Shown here: piece by piece, positions 46,001-60,600 of the stretch
Layout of the letters: each line of letters starts with the position of its first letter
How positions within the stretch are numbered: position 1 is the first letter of the stretch
Assembly: GCA_964016885.1 (NCBI GenBank)
Contig: CAXHJY010000928.1
Location: forward strand, 496,001 to 560,000
DNA length: 64,000 bases
Source of the DNA: Eledone cirrhosa
Lineage: Eukaryota
Direction: 5' to 3'
Notes under the pieces: generated by a model
The model's database searches: none
What the model was told of the DNA's origin: nothing
The model's input: only the letters and a program-made list of their open reading frames with translations
Position numbers and translations under genes: made by a program

Positions 46001-49000
46001 ATGTTATGAGAGAGACAAGAGACAACACTTACTACACTGTCATCATTGTGTTAGTGTTGTTATGAGAGAGATGTTTAGACAGCACTTACTACACTGTCAT
46101 CATTGTATTAGTGGTGTTATGAGAGAGACATGAGACAACACTTACTACACTGTCATCATTGTGTTAGTGATGTTATGAGAGAGACATGAGTCAACACTTA
46201 CTACACTGTCATCATTGTGTTAGTGATGTTATGAGAGACACAAGAGACAACACTTACTACACTGTCATCATTGTTAGTGATGTTATGAGAGACACAAGAG
46301 ACAACACTTACTACACTGTCATCATTGTGTTAGTGATGTTATGAGAGAGACATGAGACAACACTTACTACACTGTCATCATTGTATTAGTGATGTTATGA
46401 GAGACAAGAGACAACACTTACTACACTGTCATCATTGTGTTAGTGATGTTATGAGAGACACAAGAGACAACACTTACTACGCTGTCATCATTGTGTTAGT
46501 GATGTTATGAGAGAGACATGAGACTACACTTACTACACTGTCATCATTGTGTTAGTGATGTTATGAGAGAGACATGAGACAACACTTACTACACTGTCTT
46601 CATTGTTAGTGATGTTATGAGAGACACAAGAGACAACACTTACTACGCTGTCATCATTGTGTTAGTGATGTTATGAGAGAGACATGAGACAACACTTACT
46701 ACACTGTCATCATTGTATTAGTGATGTTATGAGAGAGACAAGAGACAACACTTACTACACTGTCATCATTGTTAGTGATGTTATGAGAGACACAAGAGAC
46801 AACACTTACTACACTGTCATCATTGTGTTAGTGATGTTATGAGAGAGACATGAGACAACACTTACTACACTGTCATCATTGTATTAGTGATGTTATGAGA
46901 GAGACAAGAGACAACACTTACTACACTGTCAGCATTGTGTTAGTGATGTTTTGAGAGACATGAGACACTTACTACACTGTCATCATTGTGTTAGCGATGT
47001 TATAAGAGAGACATGAGACAACACTTACTACACTGTCATCATTGTGTAGTGATGTTATGAGAGACACAAGAGACAACACTTACTACACTGTCATCATTGT
47101 GTTACTGATGTTATGAGAGAGACATGAGACAACACTTACTACACTGTCATCATTGTGTTAGTGATGTTATGAGAGAGACATGAGACAACACTTACTACAC
47201 TGTCATCATTGTATTAGTGATGTTATGAGAGAGACAAGAGACAACACTTACTACACTGTCATCATTGTGTTAGTGATGTTATGAGAGACACAAGAGACAA
47301 CACTTACTACGCTGTCATCATTGTGTTAGTGATGTTATGAGAGAGACATGAGACTACACTTACTACACTGTCATCATTGTGTTAGTGATGTTATGAGAGA
47401 GACATGAGACAACACTTACTACACTGTCATCATTGTGTTAGTGATGTTATGAGAGACACAAGAGACAACACTTACTACGCTGTCATCATTGTGTTAGTGA
47501 TGTTATGAGAGAGACATGAGACTACACTTACTACACTGTCATCATTGTGTTAGTGATGTTATGAGAGACACAAGAGACAACACTTACTACGCTGTCATCA
47601 TTGTGTTAGTGATGTTATGAGAGAGACATGAGACTACACTGTCATCATTGTGTTAGTGATGTTATGAGAGAGACATGAGACAACACTTACTACACTGTCA
47701 TCATTGTATTAGTGATGTTATGAGAGAGACAAGAGACAACACTTACTACACTGTCATCATTGTTAGTGATGTTATGAGAGACACAAGAGACAACACTTAC
47801 TACACTGTCATCATTGTGTTAGTGATATTATGAGAGAGACATGAGACAACACTTACTACACTGTCATCATTGTATTAGTGATGTTATGAGAGAGACAAGA
47901 GACAACACTTACTACACTGTCAGCATTGTGTTAGTGATGTTTTGAGAGACATGAGACACTTACTACACTGTCATCATTGTGTTAGCGATGTTATAAGAGA
48001 GACATGAGACAACACTTACTACACTGTCATCATTGTGTAGTGATGTTATGAGAGACACAAGAGACAACACTTACTACACTGTCATCATTGTGTTACTGAT
48101 GTTATGAGAGAGACATGAGACAACACTTACTACACTGTCATCATTGTGTTAGTGATGTTATGAGAGAGACATGAGACAACACTTACTACACTGTCATCAT
48201 TGTATTAGTGATGTTATGAGAGAGACAAGAGACAACACTTACTACACTGTCATCATTGTGTTAGTGATGTTATGAGAGACACAAGAGACAACACTTACTA
48301 CGCTGTCATCATTGTGTTAGTGATGTTATGAGAGAGACATGAGACTACACTTACTACACTGTCATCATTGTGTTAGTGATGTTATGAGAGAGACATGAGA
48401 CAACACTTACTACACTGTCATCATTGTGTTAGTGATGTTATGAGAGACACAAGAGACAACACTTACTACGCTGTCATCATTGTGTTAGTGATGTTATGAG
48501 AGAGACATGAGACTACACTTACTACACTGTCATCATTGTGTTAGTGATGTTATGAGAGACACAAGAGACAACACTTACTACGCTGTCATCATTGTGTTAG
48601 TGATGTTATGAGAGAGACATGAGACTACACTGTCATCATTGTGTTAGTGATGTTATGAGAGAGACATGAGACAACACTTACTACACTGTCATCATTGTGT
48701 TAGTGATGTTATGAGAGACACAAGAGACAACACTTACTACGCTGTCATCATTGTGTTAGTGATGTTATGAGAGAGACATGAGACTACACTTACTACACTG
48801 TCATCATTGTGTTAGTGATGTTATGAGAGACACAAGAGACAACACTTACTACGCTGTCATCATTGTGTTAGTGATGTTATGAGAGAGACATGAGACTACA
48901 CTTACTACACTGTCATCATTGTGTTAGTGATGTTATGAGAGAGACATGAGACAACACTTACTACACTGTCATCATTGTGTTAGTGATGTTATGAGAGACA

Positions 49001-52000
49001 CAAGAGACAACACTTACTACGCTGTCATCATTGTGTTAGTGATGTTATGAGAGAGACATGAGACTACACTTACTACACTGTCATCATTGTGTTAGTGATG
49101 TTATGAGAGAGACATGAGACAACACTTACTACACTGTCATCATTGTTAGTGATGTTATGAGAGACACAAGAGACAACACTTACTACGCTGTCATCATTGT
49201 GTTAGTGGTGTTATGAGAGAGACATGAGACAACACTTACTACACTGTCATCATTGTATTAGTGATGTTATGAGAGAGACAAGAGACAACACTTACTACAC
49301 TGTCATCATTGATAGTGATGTTATGAGAGACACAAGAGACAACACTTACTACACTGTCATCATTGTGTTAGTGATGTTATGAGAGAGACATGAGACAACA
49401 CTTACTACACTGTCATCATTGTATTAGTGATGTTATGAGAGAGACAAGAGACAACACTTACTACACTGTCAGCATTGTGTTAGTGATGTTTTGAGAGACA
49501 TGAGACACTTACTACACTGTCATCATTGTGTTAGCGATGTTATAAGAGAGACATGAGACAACACTTACTACACTGTCATCATTGTGTAGTGATGTTATGA
49601 GAGACACAAGAGACAACACTTACTACACTGTCATCATTGTGTTACTGATGTTATGAGAGAGACATGAGACAACACTTACTACACTGTCATCATTGTGTTA
49701 GTGATGTTATGAGAGAGACATGAGACAACACTTACTACACTGTCATCATTGTATTAGTGATGTTATGAGAGAGACAAGAGACAACACTTACTACACTGTC
49801 ATCATTGTGTTAGTGATGTTATGAGAGACACAAGAGACAACACTTACTACGCTGTCATCATTGTGTTAGTGATGTTATGAGAGAGACATGAGACTACACT
49901 TACTACACTGTCATCATTGTGTTAGTGATGTTATGAGAGAGACATGAGACTACACTTACTACACTGTCATCATTGTGTTAGTGATGTTATGAGAGACACA
50001 AGAGACAACACTTACTACGCTGTCATTGTATTAGTGGTGTTATGAGAGAGACATGAGACAACACTTACTACACTGTCATCATCGTGTTAGTGATGTTATG
50101 AGAGACACAAGAGACAACACTTACTACACTTTCATCATTGTGTTAGTGATGTTTTGAGAGAGACATGAGACAACACTTACTACACTGTCATCATTGTGTT
50201 AGTGATGTTATGAGAGAGACATGAGACAACACTTACTACACTGTCATCATTGTGTTAGTGATGTTATGAGAGAGACATGAGACTACACTGTCATCATTGT
50301 ATTAGTGATGTTATGAGAGAGGCAAGAGACAACACTTACTACACTGTCATCATTGTGTTAGTGTTGTTATGAGAGAGATGTTGAGACAGCACTTACTACA
50401 CTGTCATCATTGTATTAGTGGTGTTATGAGAGAGACATGAGACAACACTTACTACACTGTCATAATTGTGTTAGTGATGTTATGAGAGAGACATGAGACT
50501 ACACTTACTACACTGTCATCATTGTTAGTGATGTTATGAGAGACACAAGAGACAACACTTACTACACTGTCATCATTGTGTTAGTGATGTTATGAGAGAG
50601 ACATGAGACTACACTTACTACACTGTCATCATTGTGTTAGTGATGTTATGAGAGACACAAGAGACAACACTTACTACACTGTCATCATTGTGTTAGTGAT
50701 GTTATGAGAGAGATGTTGAGACAGCACTTACTACACTGTCATTGTATTAGTGGTGTTATGAGAGAGACATGAGACAACACTTACTACACTGTCATCATTG
50801 TATTAGTGGTGTTATGAGAGAGACATGAGACAACACTTACTACACTGTCATCATTGTGTTAGTGATGTTATGAGAGAGACATGAGACAACACTTACTACA
50901 CTGTCATCATTGTATTAGTGATGTTATGAGAGAGACAAGAGACAACACTTACTACACTGTCATCATTGTTAGTGATGTTATGAGAGACACAAGAGACAAC
51001 ACTTACTACACTGTCATCATTGTGTTAGTGATGTTATGAGAGAGACATGAGACAACACTTACTACACTGTCATCATTGTGTTAGTGATGTTATGAGAGAG
51101 ACATGAGACAACACTTACTACACTGTCATCATTGTATTAGTGATGTTATGAGAGACAAGAGACAACACTTACTACACTGTCATCATTGTGTTAGTGATGT
51201 TATGAGAGACACAAGAGACAACACTTACTACGCTGTCATCATTGTGTTAGTGATGTTATGAGAGAGACATGAGACTACACTTACTACACTGTCATCATTG
51301 TGTTAGTGATGTTATGAGAGAGACATGAGACAACACTTACTACACTGTCATCATTGTGTTAGTGATGTTATGAGAGACACAAGAGACAACACTTACTACG
51401 CTGTCATCATTGTGTTAGTGATGTTATGAGAGAGACATGAGACTACACTTACTACACTGTCATCATTGTGTTAGTGATGTTATGAGAGACACAAGAGACA
51501 ACACTTACTACGCTGTCATCATTGTGTTAGTGATGTTATGAGAGAGACATGAGACTACACTGTCATCATTGTGTTAGTGATGTTATGAGAGACACAAGAG
51601 ACAACACTTACTACGCTGTCATCATTGTATTAGTGGTGTTATGAGAGAGACATGAGACAACACTTACTACACTGTCATCATCGTGTTAGTGATATGAGAG
51701 ACACAAGAGACAACACTTACTACACTGTCATCATTGTGTTAGTGATGTTTTGAGAGAGACATGAGACAACACTTACTACACTGTCATCATTGTGTTAGCG
51801 ATGTTATAAGAGAGACATGAGACAACACTTACTACACTGTCATCATTGTGTTAGTGATGTTATGAGAGAGACATGAGACAACACTTACTACACTGTCATC
51901 ATTGTGTTAGTGATGTTATGAGAGACACAAGAGACAACACTTACTACACTGTCATCATTGTATTAGTGGTGTTATGAGAGAGACATGAGACAACACTTAC

Positions 52001-52680
52001 TACACTGTCATCATCGTGTTAGTGATATGAGAGACACAAGAGACAACACTTACTACACTGTCATCATTGTGTTAGTGATGTTTTGAGAGAGACACGAGAC
52101 AACACTTACTACACTGTCATCATTGTGTTAGCGATGTTATAAGAGAGACATGAGACAACACTTACTACACTGTCATCATTGTGTTAGTGATGTTATGAGA
52201 GAGACATGAGACAACACTTACTACACTGTCATCATTGTGTTAGTGATGTTATGAGAGAGACATGAGACAACACTTACTACACTGTCATCATTGTATTAGT
52301 GATGTTATGAGAGAGACAAGAGACAACACTTACTACACTGTCATCATTGTGTTAGTGTTGTTATGAGAGAGATGTTTAGACAGCACTTACTACACTGTCA
52401 TCATTGTATTAGTGGTGTTATGAGAGAGACATGAGACAACACTTACTACACTGTCATCATTGTGTTAGTGATGTTATGAGAGAGACATGAGTCAACACTT
52501 ACTACACTGTCATCATTGTGTTAGTGATGTTATGAGAGACACAAGAGACAACACTTACTACACTGTCATCATTGTTAGTGATGTTATGAGAGACACAAGA
52601 GACAACACTTACTACACTGTCATCATTGTGTTAGTGATGTTATGAGAGAGACATGAGACAACACTTACTACACTGTCATC
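40005..52680 (+). repeat. Near-perfect tandem duplication with 6,301-bp period
   Basis: Rare TGTGTTAGTGGTG variant at 42907/49208 and GAGGCAAG at 44021/50322. Lines 40021 onward and 46321 onward read identically with a 1-base register shift. Confidence 0.9.
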
Positions 52681-54699
52681 ATTGTGTTAGTGATGTTATG
52701 AGATAGACATGAGGCAACACTTACTACACTGTCATCATTGTGTTAGTGATGTTATGAGAGAGACATGAGACAACACTTACTACACTGTCATCATTGTATT
52801 AGTGGTGTTATGAGAGAGGTTGAGACAGCACTTACTACACTGTTAGCATTGTGTTAGTGATGTTATGAGAGACACAAGAGACAACACTTACTACACTGTC
52901 ATCATTGTGTTAGTGATGTTTTGAGAGACACAAGATACAACACTTACTACACTGTCATCATTGTGTTAGTGATGTTATGGGAGAGACATGAGACAACACT
53001 TACTACACTGTCATTATTGTGTTAGTGATGTTATGAGAGAGACATGAGACAACACTTACTACACTGTCATCATTGTGATAGTGATGTTATGAGAGAGACA
53101 CGAGACAACACTTACTACACTGTCATCATCGTGTTAGTGATATGAGAGACACAAGAGACAACACTTACTACACTGTCATCATTGTGTTAGTGATGTTTTG
53201 AGAGAGACATGAGACAACACTTACTACACTGTCATCATTGTGTTAGCGATGTTATAAGAGAGACATGAGACAACACTTACTACACTGTCATCATTGTGTT
53301 AGTGATGTTATGAGAGAGACATGAGACAACACTTACTACACTGTCATCATTGTGTTAGTGATGTTATGAGAGAGACAACACTTACTACACTGTCATCATT
53401 GTATTAGTGGTGTTATGAGAGAGACATGAGACAACACTTACTACACTGTCATCATCGTGTTAGTGATATGAGAGACACAAGAGACAACACTTACTACACT
53501 GTCATCATTGTGTTAGTGATGTTTTGAGAGAGACACGAGACAACACTTACTACACTGTCATCATTGTGTTAGCGATGTTATAAGAGAGACATGAGACAAC
53601 ACTTACTACACTGTCATCATTGTGTTAGTGATGTTATGAGAGAGACATGAGACAACACTTACTACACTGTCATCATTGTGTTAGTGATGTTATGAGAGAG
53701 ACATGAGACAACACTTACTACACTGTCATCATTGTATTAGTGATGTTATGAGAGAGACAAGAGACAACACTTACTACACTGTCATCATTGTGTTAGTGTT
53801 GTTATGAGAGAGATGTTTAGACAGCACTTACTACACTGTCATCATTGTATTAGTGGTGTTATGAGAGAGACATGAGACAACACTTACTACACTGTCATCA
53901 TTGTGTTAGTGATGTTATGAGAGAGACATGAGTCAACACTTACTACACTGTCATCATTGTGTTAGTGATGTTATGAGAGACACAAGAGACAACACTTACT
54001 ACACTGTCATCATTGTTAGTGATGTTATGAGAGACACAAGAGACAACACTTACTACACTGTCATCATTGTGTTAGTGATGTTATGAGAGAGACATGAGAC
54101 AACACTTACTACACTGTCATCATTGTGTTAGTGATGTTATGAGATAGACATGAGGCAACACTTACTACACTGTCATCATTGTGTTAGTGATGTTATGAGA
54201 GAGACATGAGACAACACTTACTACACTGTCATCATTGTATTAGTGGTGTTATGAGAGAGGTTGAGACAGCACTTACTACACTGTTAGCATTGTGTTAGTG
54301 ATGTTATGAGAGACACAAGAGACAACACTTACTACACTGTCATCATTGTGTTAGTGATGTTTTGAGAGACACAAGATACAACACTTACTACACTGTCATC
54401 ATTGTGTTAGTGATGTTATGGGAGAGACATGAGACAACACTTACTACACTGTCATCATTGTGTTAGTGATGTTATGAGAGAGACATGAGACAACACTTAC
54501 TACACTGTCATCATTGTGATAGTGATGTTATGAGAGAGACACGAGACAACACTTACTACACTGTCATCATTGTTAGTGATGTTATGAGAGACACAATAGA
54601 CAACACTTACTACACTGTCATCATTGTGTTAGTGATGTTATGAGAGAGACATGAGACTACACTTACTACACAGTCATCATTGTGTTAGTGATGTTATGA

Positions 54700-57600
54700 G
54701 AGACACAAGAGACAACACTTACTACACTGTCATCATTGTGTTAGTGATGTTATGAGAGAGATGTTGAGACAGCACTTACTACACTGTCATTGTATTAGTG
54801 GTGTTATGAGAGAGACATGAGACAACACTTACTACACTGTCATCATTGTATTAGTGGTGTTATGAGAGAGACATGAGACAACACTTACTACACTGTCATC
54901 ATTGTGTTAGTGATGTTATGAGAGAGACATGAGACAACACTTACTACACTGTCATCATTGTATTAGTGATGTTATGGGAGAGACAAGAGACAACACTTAC
55001 TACACTGTCATCATTGTTAGTGATGTTATGAGAGACACAAGAGACAACACTTACTACACTGTCATCATTGTGTTAGTGATGTTATGAGAGAGACATGAGA
55101 CAACACTTACTACACTGTCATCATTGTGTTAGTGATGTTATGAGAGAGACATGAGACAACACTTACTACACTGTCATCATTGTATTAGTGATGTTATGAG
55201 AGAGACAAGAGACAACACTTACTACACTGTCATCATTGTGTTAGTGATGTTATGAGAGACACAAGAGACAACACTTACTACGCTGTCATCATTGTGTTAG
55301 TGATGTTATGAGAGAGACATGAGACTACACTTACTACACTGTCATCATTGTGTTAGTGATGTTATGAGAGAGACATGAGACAACACTTACTACACTGTCA
55401 TCATTGTGTTAGTGATGTTATGAGAGACACAAGAGACAACACTTACTACGCTGTCATCATTGTGTTAGTGATGTTATGAGAGAGACATGAGACTACACTT
55501 ACTACACTGTCATCATTGTGTTAGTGATGTTATGAGAGACACAAGAGACAACACTTACTACGCTGTCATCATTGTGTTAGTGATGTTATGAGAGAGACAT
55601 GAGACTACACTGTCATCATTGTGTTAGTGATGTTATGAGAGACACAAGAGACTACACTTACTACACTGTCATCATTGTGTTAGTGATGTTATGAGAGACA
55701 CAAGAGACAACACTTACTACGCTGTCATTGTATTAGTGGTGTTATGAGAGAGACATGAGACAACACTTACTACACTGTCATCATCGTGTTAGTGATGTTA
55801 TGAGAGACACAAGAGACAACACTTACTACACTGTCATCATTGTGTTAGTGATGTTTTGAGAGAGACATGAGACAACACTTACTACACTGTCATCATTGTG
55901 TTAGTGATGTTATGAGAGAGACATGAGACAACACTTACTACACTGTCATCATTGTGTTAGTGATTTTATGAGAGAGACATGAGACAACACTTACTACACT
56001 GTCATCATTGTATTAGTGATGTTATGAGAGAGACAAGAGACAACACTTACTACACTGTCATCATTGTGTTAGTGTTATGAGAGAGATGTTGAGACAGCAC
56101 TTACTACACTGTCATCATTGTATTAGTGGTGTTATGAGAGAGACATGAGACAACACTTACTACACTGTCATCATTGTGTTAGTGATGTTATGAGAGAGAC
56201 ATGAGTCAACACTTACTACACTGTCATCATTGTGTTAGTGATGTTATGAGAGACACAAGAGACAACACTTACTACACTGTCATCATTGTTAGTGATGTTA
56301 TGAGAGACACAAGAGACAACACTTACTACACTGTCATCATTGTGTTAGTGATGTTATGAGAGAGACATGAGACAACACTTACTACACTGTCATCATTATG
56401 TTAGTGATGTTATGAGATAGACATGAGGCAACACCTACTACACTGTCATCATTGTATTAGTGATGTTATGAGAGAGACAAGAGAACACTTACTACACTGT
56501 CATCATTGTATAGTGGTGTTATGAGAGAGATGTTGAGACAGCACTTACTACACTGTTAGCATTGTGTTAGTGATGTTATGAGAGAGACATGAGACAACAC
56601 TTACTACACTGTCATCATTGTATTAGTGATGTTATGAGAGAGACAAGAGACAACACTTACTACACTGTCATCATTGTGTTAGTGATGTTATGAGAGAGAC
56701 ATGAGACAACACTTACTACACTGTCATCATTGTATTAGTGGTGTTATGAGAGACACAAGAGACAACACTTACTACACTGTCATCATTGTGTTAGTGATGT
56801 TATGAGAGAGACATGAGACAACACTTACTACACTGTCATCATTGTGTTAGTGATGTTATGAGAGACACAAGAGACAACACTTACTACGCTGTCATCATTG
56901 TGTTAGTGATGTTATGAGAGAGACATGAGACTACACTTACTACACTGTCATCATTGTGTTAGTGATGTTATGAGAGAGACATGAGACAACACTTACTACA
57001 CTGTCATCATTGTGTTAGTGATGTTATGAGAGACACAAGAGACAACACTTACTACGCTGTCATCATTGTGTTAGTGATGTTATGAGAGAGACATGAGACT
57101 ACACTTACTACACTGTCATCATTGTGTTAGTGATGTTATGAGAGACACAAGAGACAACACTTACTACGCTGTCATCATTGTGTTAGTGATGTTATGAGAG
57201 AGACATGAGACTACACTGTCATCATTGTGTTAGTGATGTTATGAGAGACACAAGAGACTACACTTACTACACTGTCATCATTGTGTTAGTGATGTTATGA
57301 GAGACACAAGAGACAACACTTACTACGCTGTCATTGTATTAGTGGTGTTATGAGAGAGACATGAGACAACACTTACTACACTGTCATCATCGTGTTAGTG
57401 ATGTTATGAGAGACACAAGAGACAACACTTACTACACTGTCATCATTGTGTTAGTGATGTTTTGAGAGAGACATGAGACAACACTTACTACACTGTCATC
57501 ATTGTGTTAGTGATGTTATGAGAGAGACATGAGACAACACTTACTACACTGTCATCATTGTGTTAGTGATTTTATGAGAGAGACATGAGACAACACTTAC

Positions 57601-60600
57601 TACACTGTCATCATTGTATTAGTGATGTTATGAGAGAGACAAGAGACAACACTTACTACACTGTCATCATTGTGTTAGTGTTATGAGAGAGATGTTGAGA
57701 CAGCACTTACTACACTGTCATCATTGTATTAGTGGTGTTATGAGAGAGACATGAGACAACACTTACTACACTGTCATCATTGTGTTAGTGATGTTATGAG
57801 AGAGACATGAGTCAACACTTACTACACTGTCATCATTGTGTTAGTGATGTTATGAGAGACACAAGAGACAACACTTACTACACTGTCATCATTGTTAGTG
57901 ATGTTATGAGAGACACAAGAGACAACACTTACTACACTGTCATCATTGTGTTAGTGATGTTATGAGAGAGACATGAGACAACACTTACTACACTGTCATC
58001 ATTGTGTTAGTGATGTTATGAGATAGACATGAGGCAACACCTACTACACTGTCATCATTGTATTAGTGATGTTATGAGAGAGACAAGAGAACACTTACTA
58101 CACTGTCATCATTGTATAGTGGTGTTATGAGAGAGATGTTGAGACAGCACTTACTACACTGTTAGCATTGTGTTAGTGATGTTATGAGAGAGACATGAGA
58201 CAACACTTACTACACTGTCATCATTGTATTAGTGATGTTATGAGAGAGACAAGAGACAACACTTACTACACTGTCATCATTGTGTTAGTGATGTTATGAG
58301 AGAGACATGAGACAACACTTACTACACTGTCATCATTGTATTAGTGGTGTTATGAGAGAGGTTGAGACAGCACTTACTACACTGTTAGCATTGTGTTAGT
58401 GATGTTATGAGAGACACAAGAGACAACACTTACTACACTGTCATCATTGTGTTAGTGATGTTTTGAGAGACACAAGATACAACACTTACTACACTGTCAT
58501 CATTGTGTTAGTGATGTTATGGGAGAGACATGAGACAACACTTACTACACTGTCATCATTGTGTTAGTGATGTTATGAGAGAGACATGAGACAACACTTA
58601 CTACACTGTCATCATTGTGATAGTGATGTTATGAGAGAGACACGAGACAACACTTACTACACTGTCATCATTGTGTTAGTGATGTTATGAGAGAGACATG
58701 AGACTACACTTACTACACTGTCATCATTGTTAGTGATGTTATGAGAGACACAAGAGACAACACTTACTACACTGTCATCATTGTGTTAGTGATGTTATGA
58801 GAGAGACATGAGACTACACTTACTACACAGTCATCATTGTGTTAGTGATGTTATGAGAGACACAAGAGACAACACTTACTACACTGTCATCATTGTGTTA
58901 GTGATGTTATGAGAGAGATGTTGAGACAGCACTTACTACACTGTCATTGTATTAGTGGTGTTATGAGAGAGACATGAGACAACACTTACTACACTGTCAT
59001 CATTGTATTAGTGGTGTTATGAGAGAGACATGAGACAACACTTACTACACTGTCATCATTGTGTTAGTGATGTTATGAGAGAGACATGAGACAACACTTA
59101 CTACACTGTCATCATTGTATTAGTGATGTTATGGGAGAGACAAGAGACAACACTTACTACACTGTCATCATTGTTAGTGATGTTATGAGAGACACAAGAG
59201 ACAACACTTACTACACTGTCATCATTGTGTTAGTGATGTTATGAGAGAGACATGAGACAACACTTACTACACTGTCATCATTGTGTTAGTGATGTTATGA
59301 GAGAGACATGAGACAACACTTACTACACTGTCATCATTGTATTAGTGATGTTATGAGAGAGACAAGAGACAACACTTACTACACTGTCATCATTGTGTTA
59401 GTGATGTTATGAGAGACACAAGAGACAACACTTACTACGCTGTCATCATTGTGTTAGTGATGTTATGAGAGAGACATGAGACTACACTTACTACACTGTC
59501 ATCATTGTGTTAGTGATGTTATGAGAGAGACATGAGACAACACTTACTACACTGTCATCATTGTGTTAGTGATGTTATGAGAGACACAAGAGACAACACT
59601 TACTACGCTGTCATCATTGTGTTAGTGATGTTATGAGAGAGACATGAGACTACACTTACTACACTGTCATCATTGTGTTAGTGATGTTATGAGAGACACA
59701 AGAGACAACACTTACTACGCTGTCATCATTGTGTTAGTGATGTTATGAGAGAGACATGAGACTACACTGTCATCATTGTGTTAGTGATGTTATGAGAGAC
59801 ACAAGAGACTACACTTACTACACTGTCATCATTGTGTTAGTGATGTTATGAGAGACACAAGAGACAACACTTACTACGCTGTCATTGTATTAGTGGTGTT
59901 ATGAGAGAGACATGAGACAACACTTACTACACTGTCATCATCGTGTTAGTGATGTTATGAGAGACACAAGAGACAACACTTACTACACTGTCATCATTGT
60001 GTTAGTGATGTTTTGAGAGAGACATGAGACAACACTTACTACACTGTCATCATTGTGTTAGTGATGTTATGAGAGAGACATGAGACAACACTTACTACAC
60101 TGTCATCATTGTGTTAGTGATTTTATGAGAGAGACATGAGACAACACTTACTACACTGTCATCATTGTATTAGTGATGTTATGAGAGAGACAAGAGACAA
60201 CACTTACTACACTGTCATCATTGTGTTAGTGTTATGAGAGAGATGTTGAGACAGCACTTACTACACTGTCATCATTGTATTAGTGGTGTTATGAGAGAGA
60301 CATGAGACAACACTTACTACACTGTCATCATTGTGTTAGTGATGTTATGAGAGAGACATGAGTCAACACTTACTACACTGTCATCATTGTGTTAGTGATG
60401 TTATGAGAGACACAAGAGACAACACTTACTACACTGTCATCATTGTTAGTGATGTTATGAGAGACACAAGAGACAACACTTACTACACTGTCATCATTGT
60501 GTTAGTGATGTTATGAGAGAGACATGAGACAACACTTACTACACTGTCATCATTGTGTTAGTGATGTTATGAGATAGACATGAGGCAACACCTACTACAC

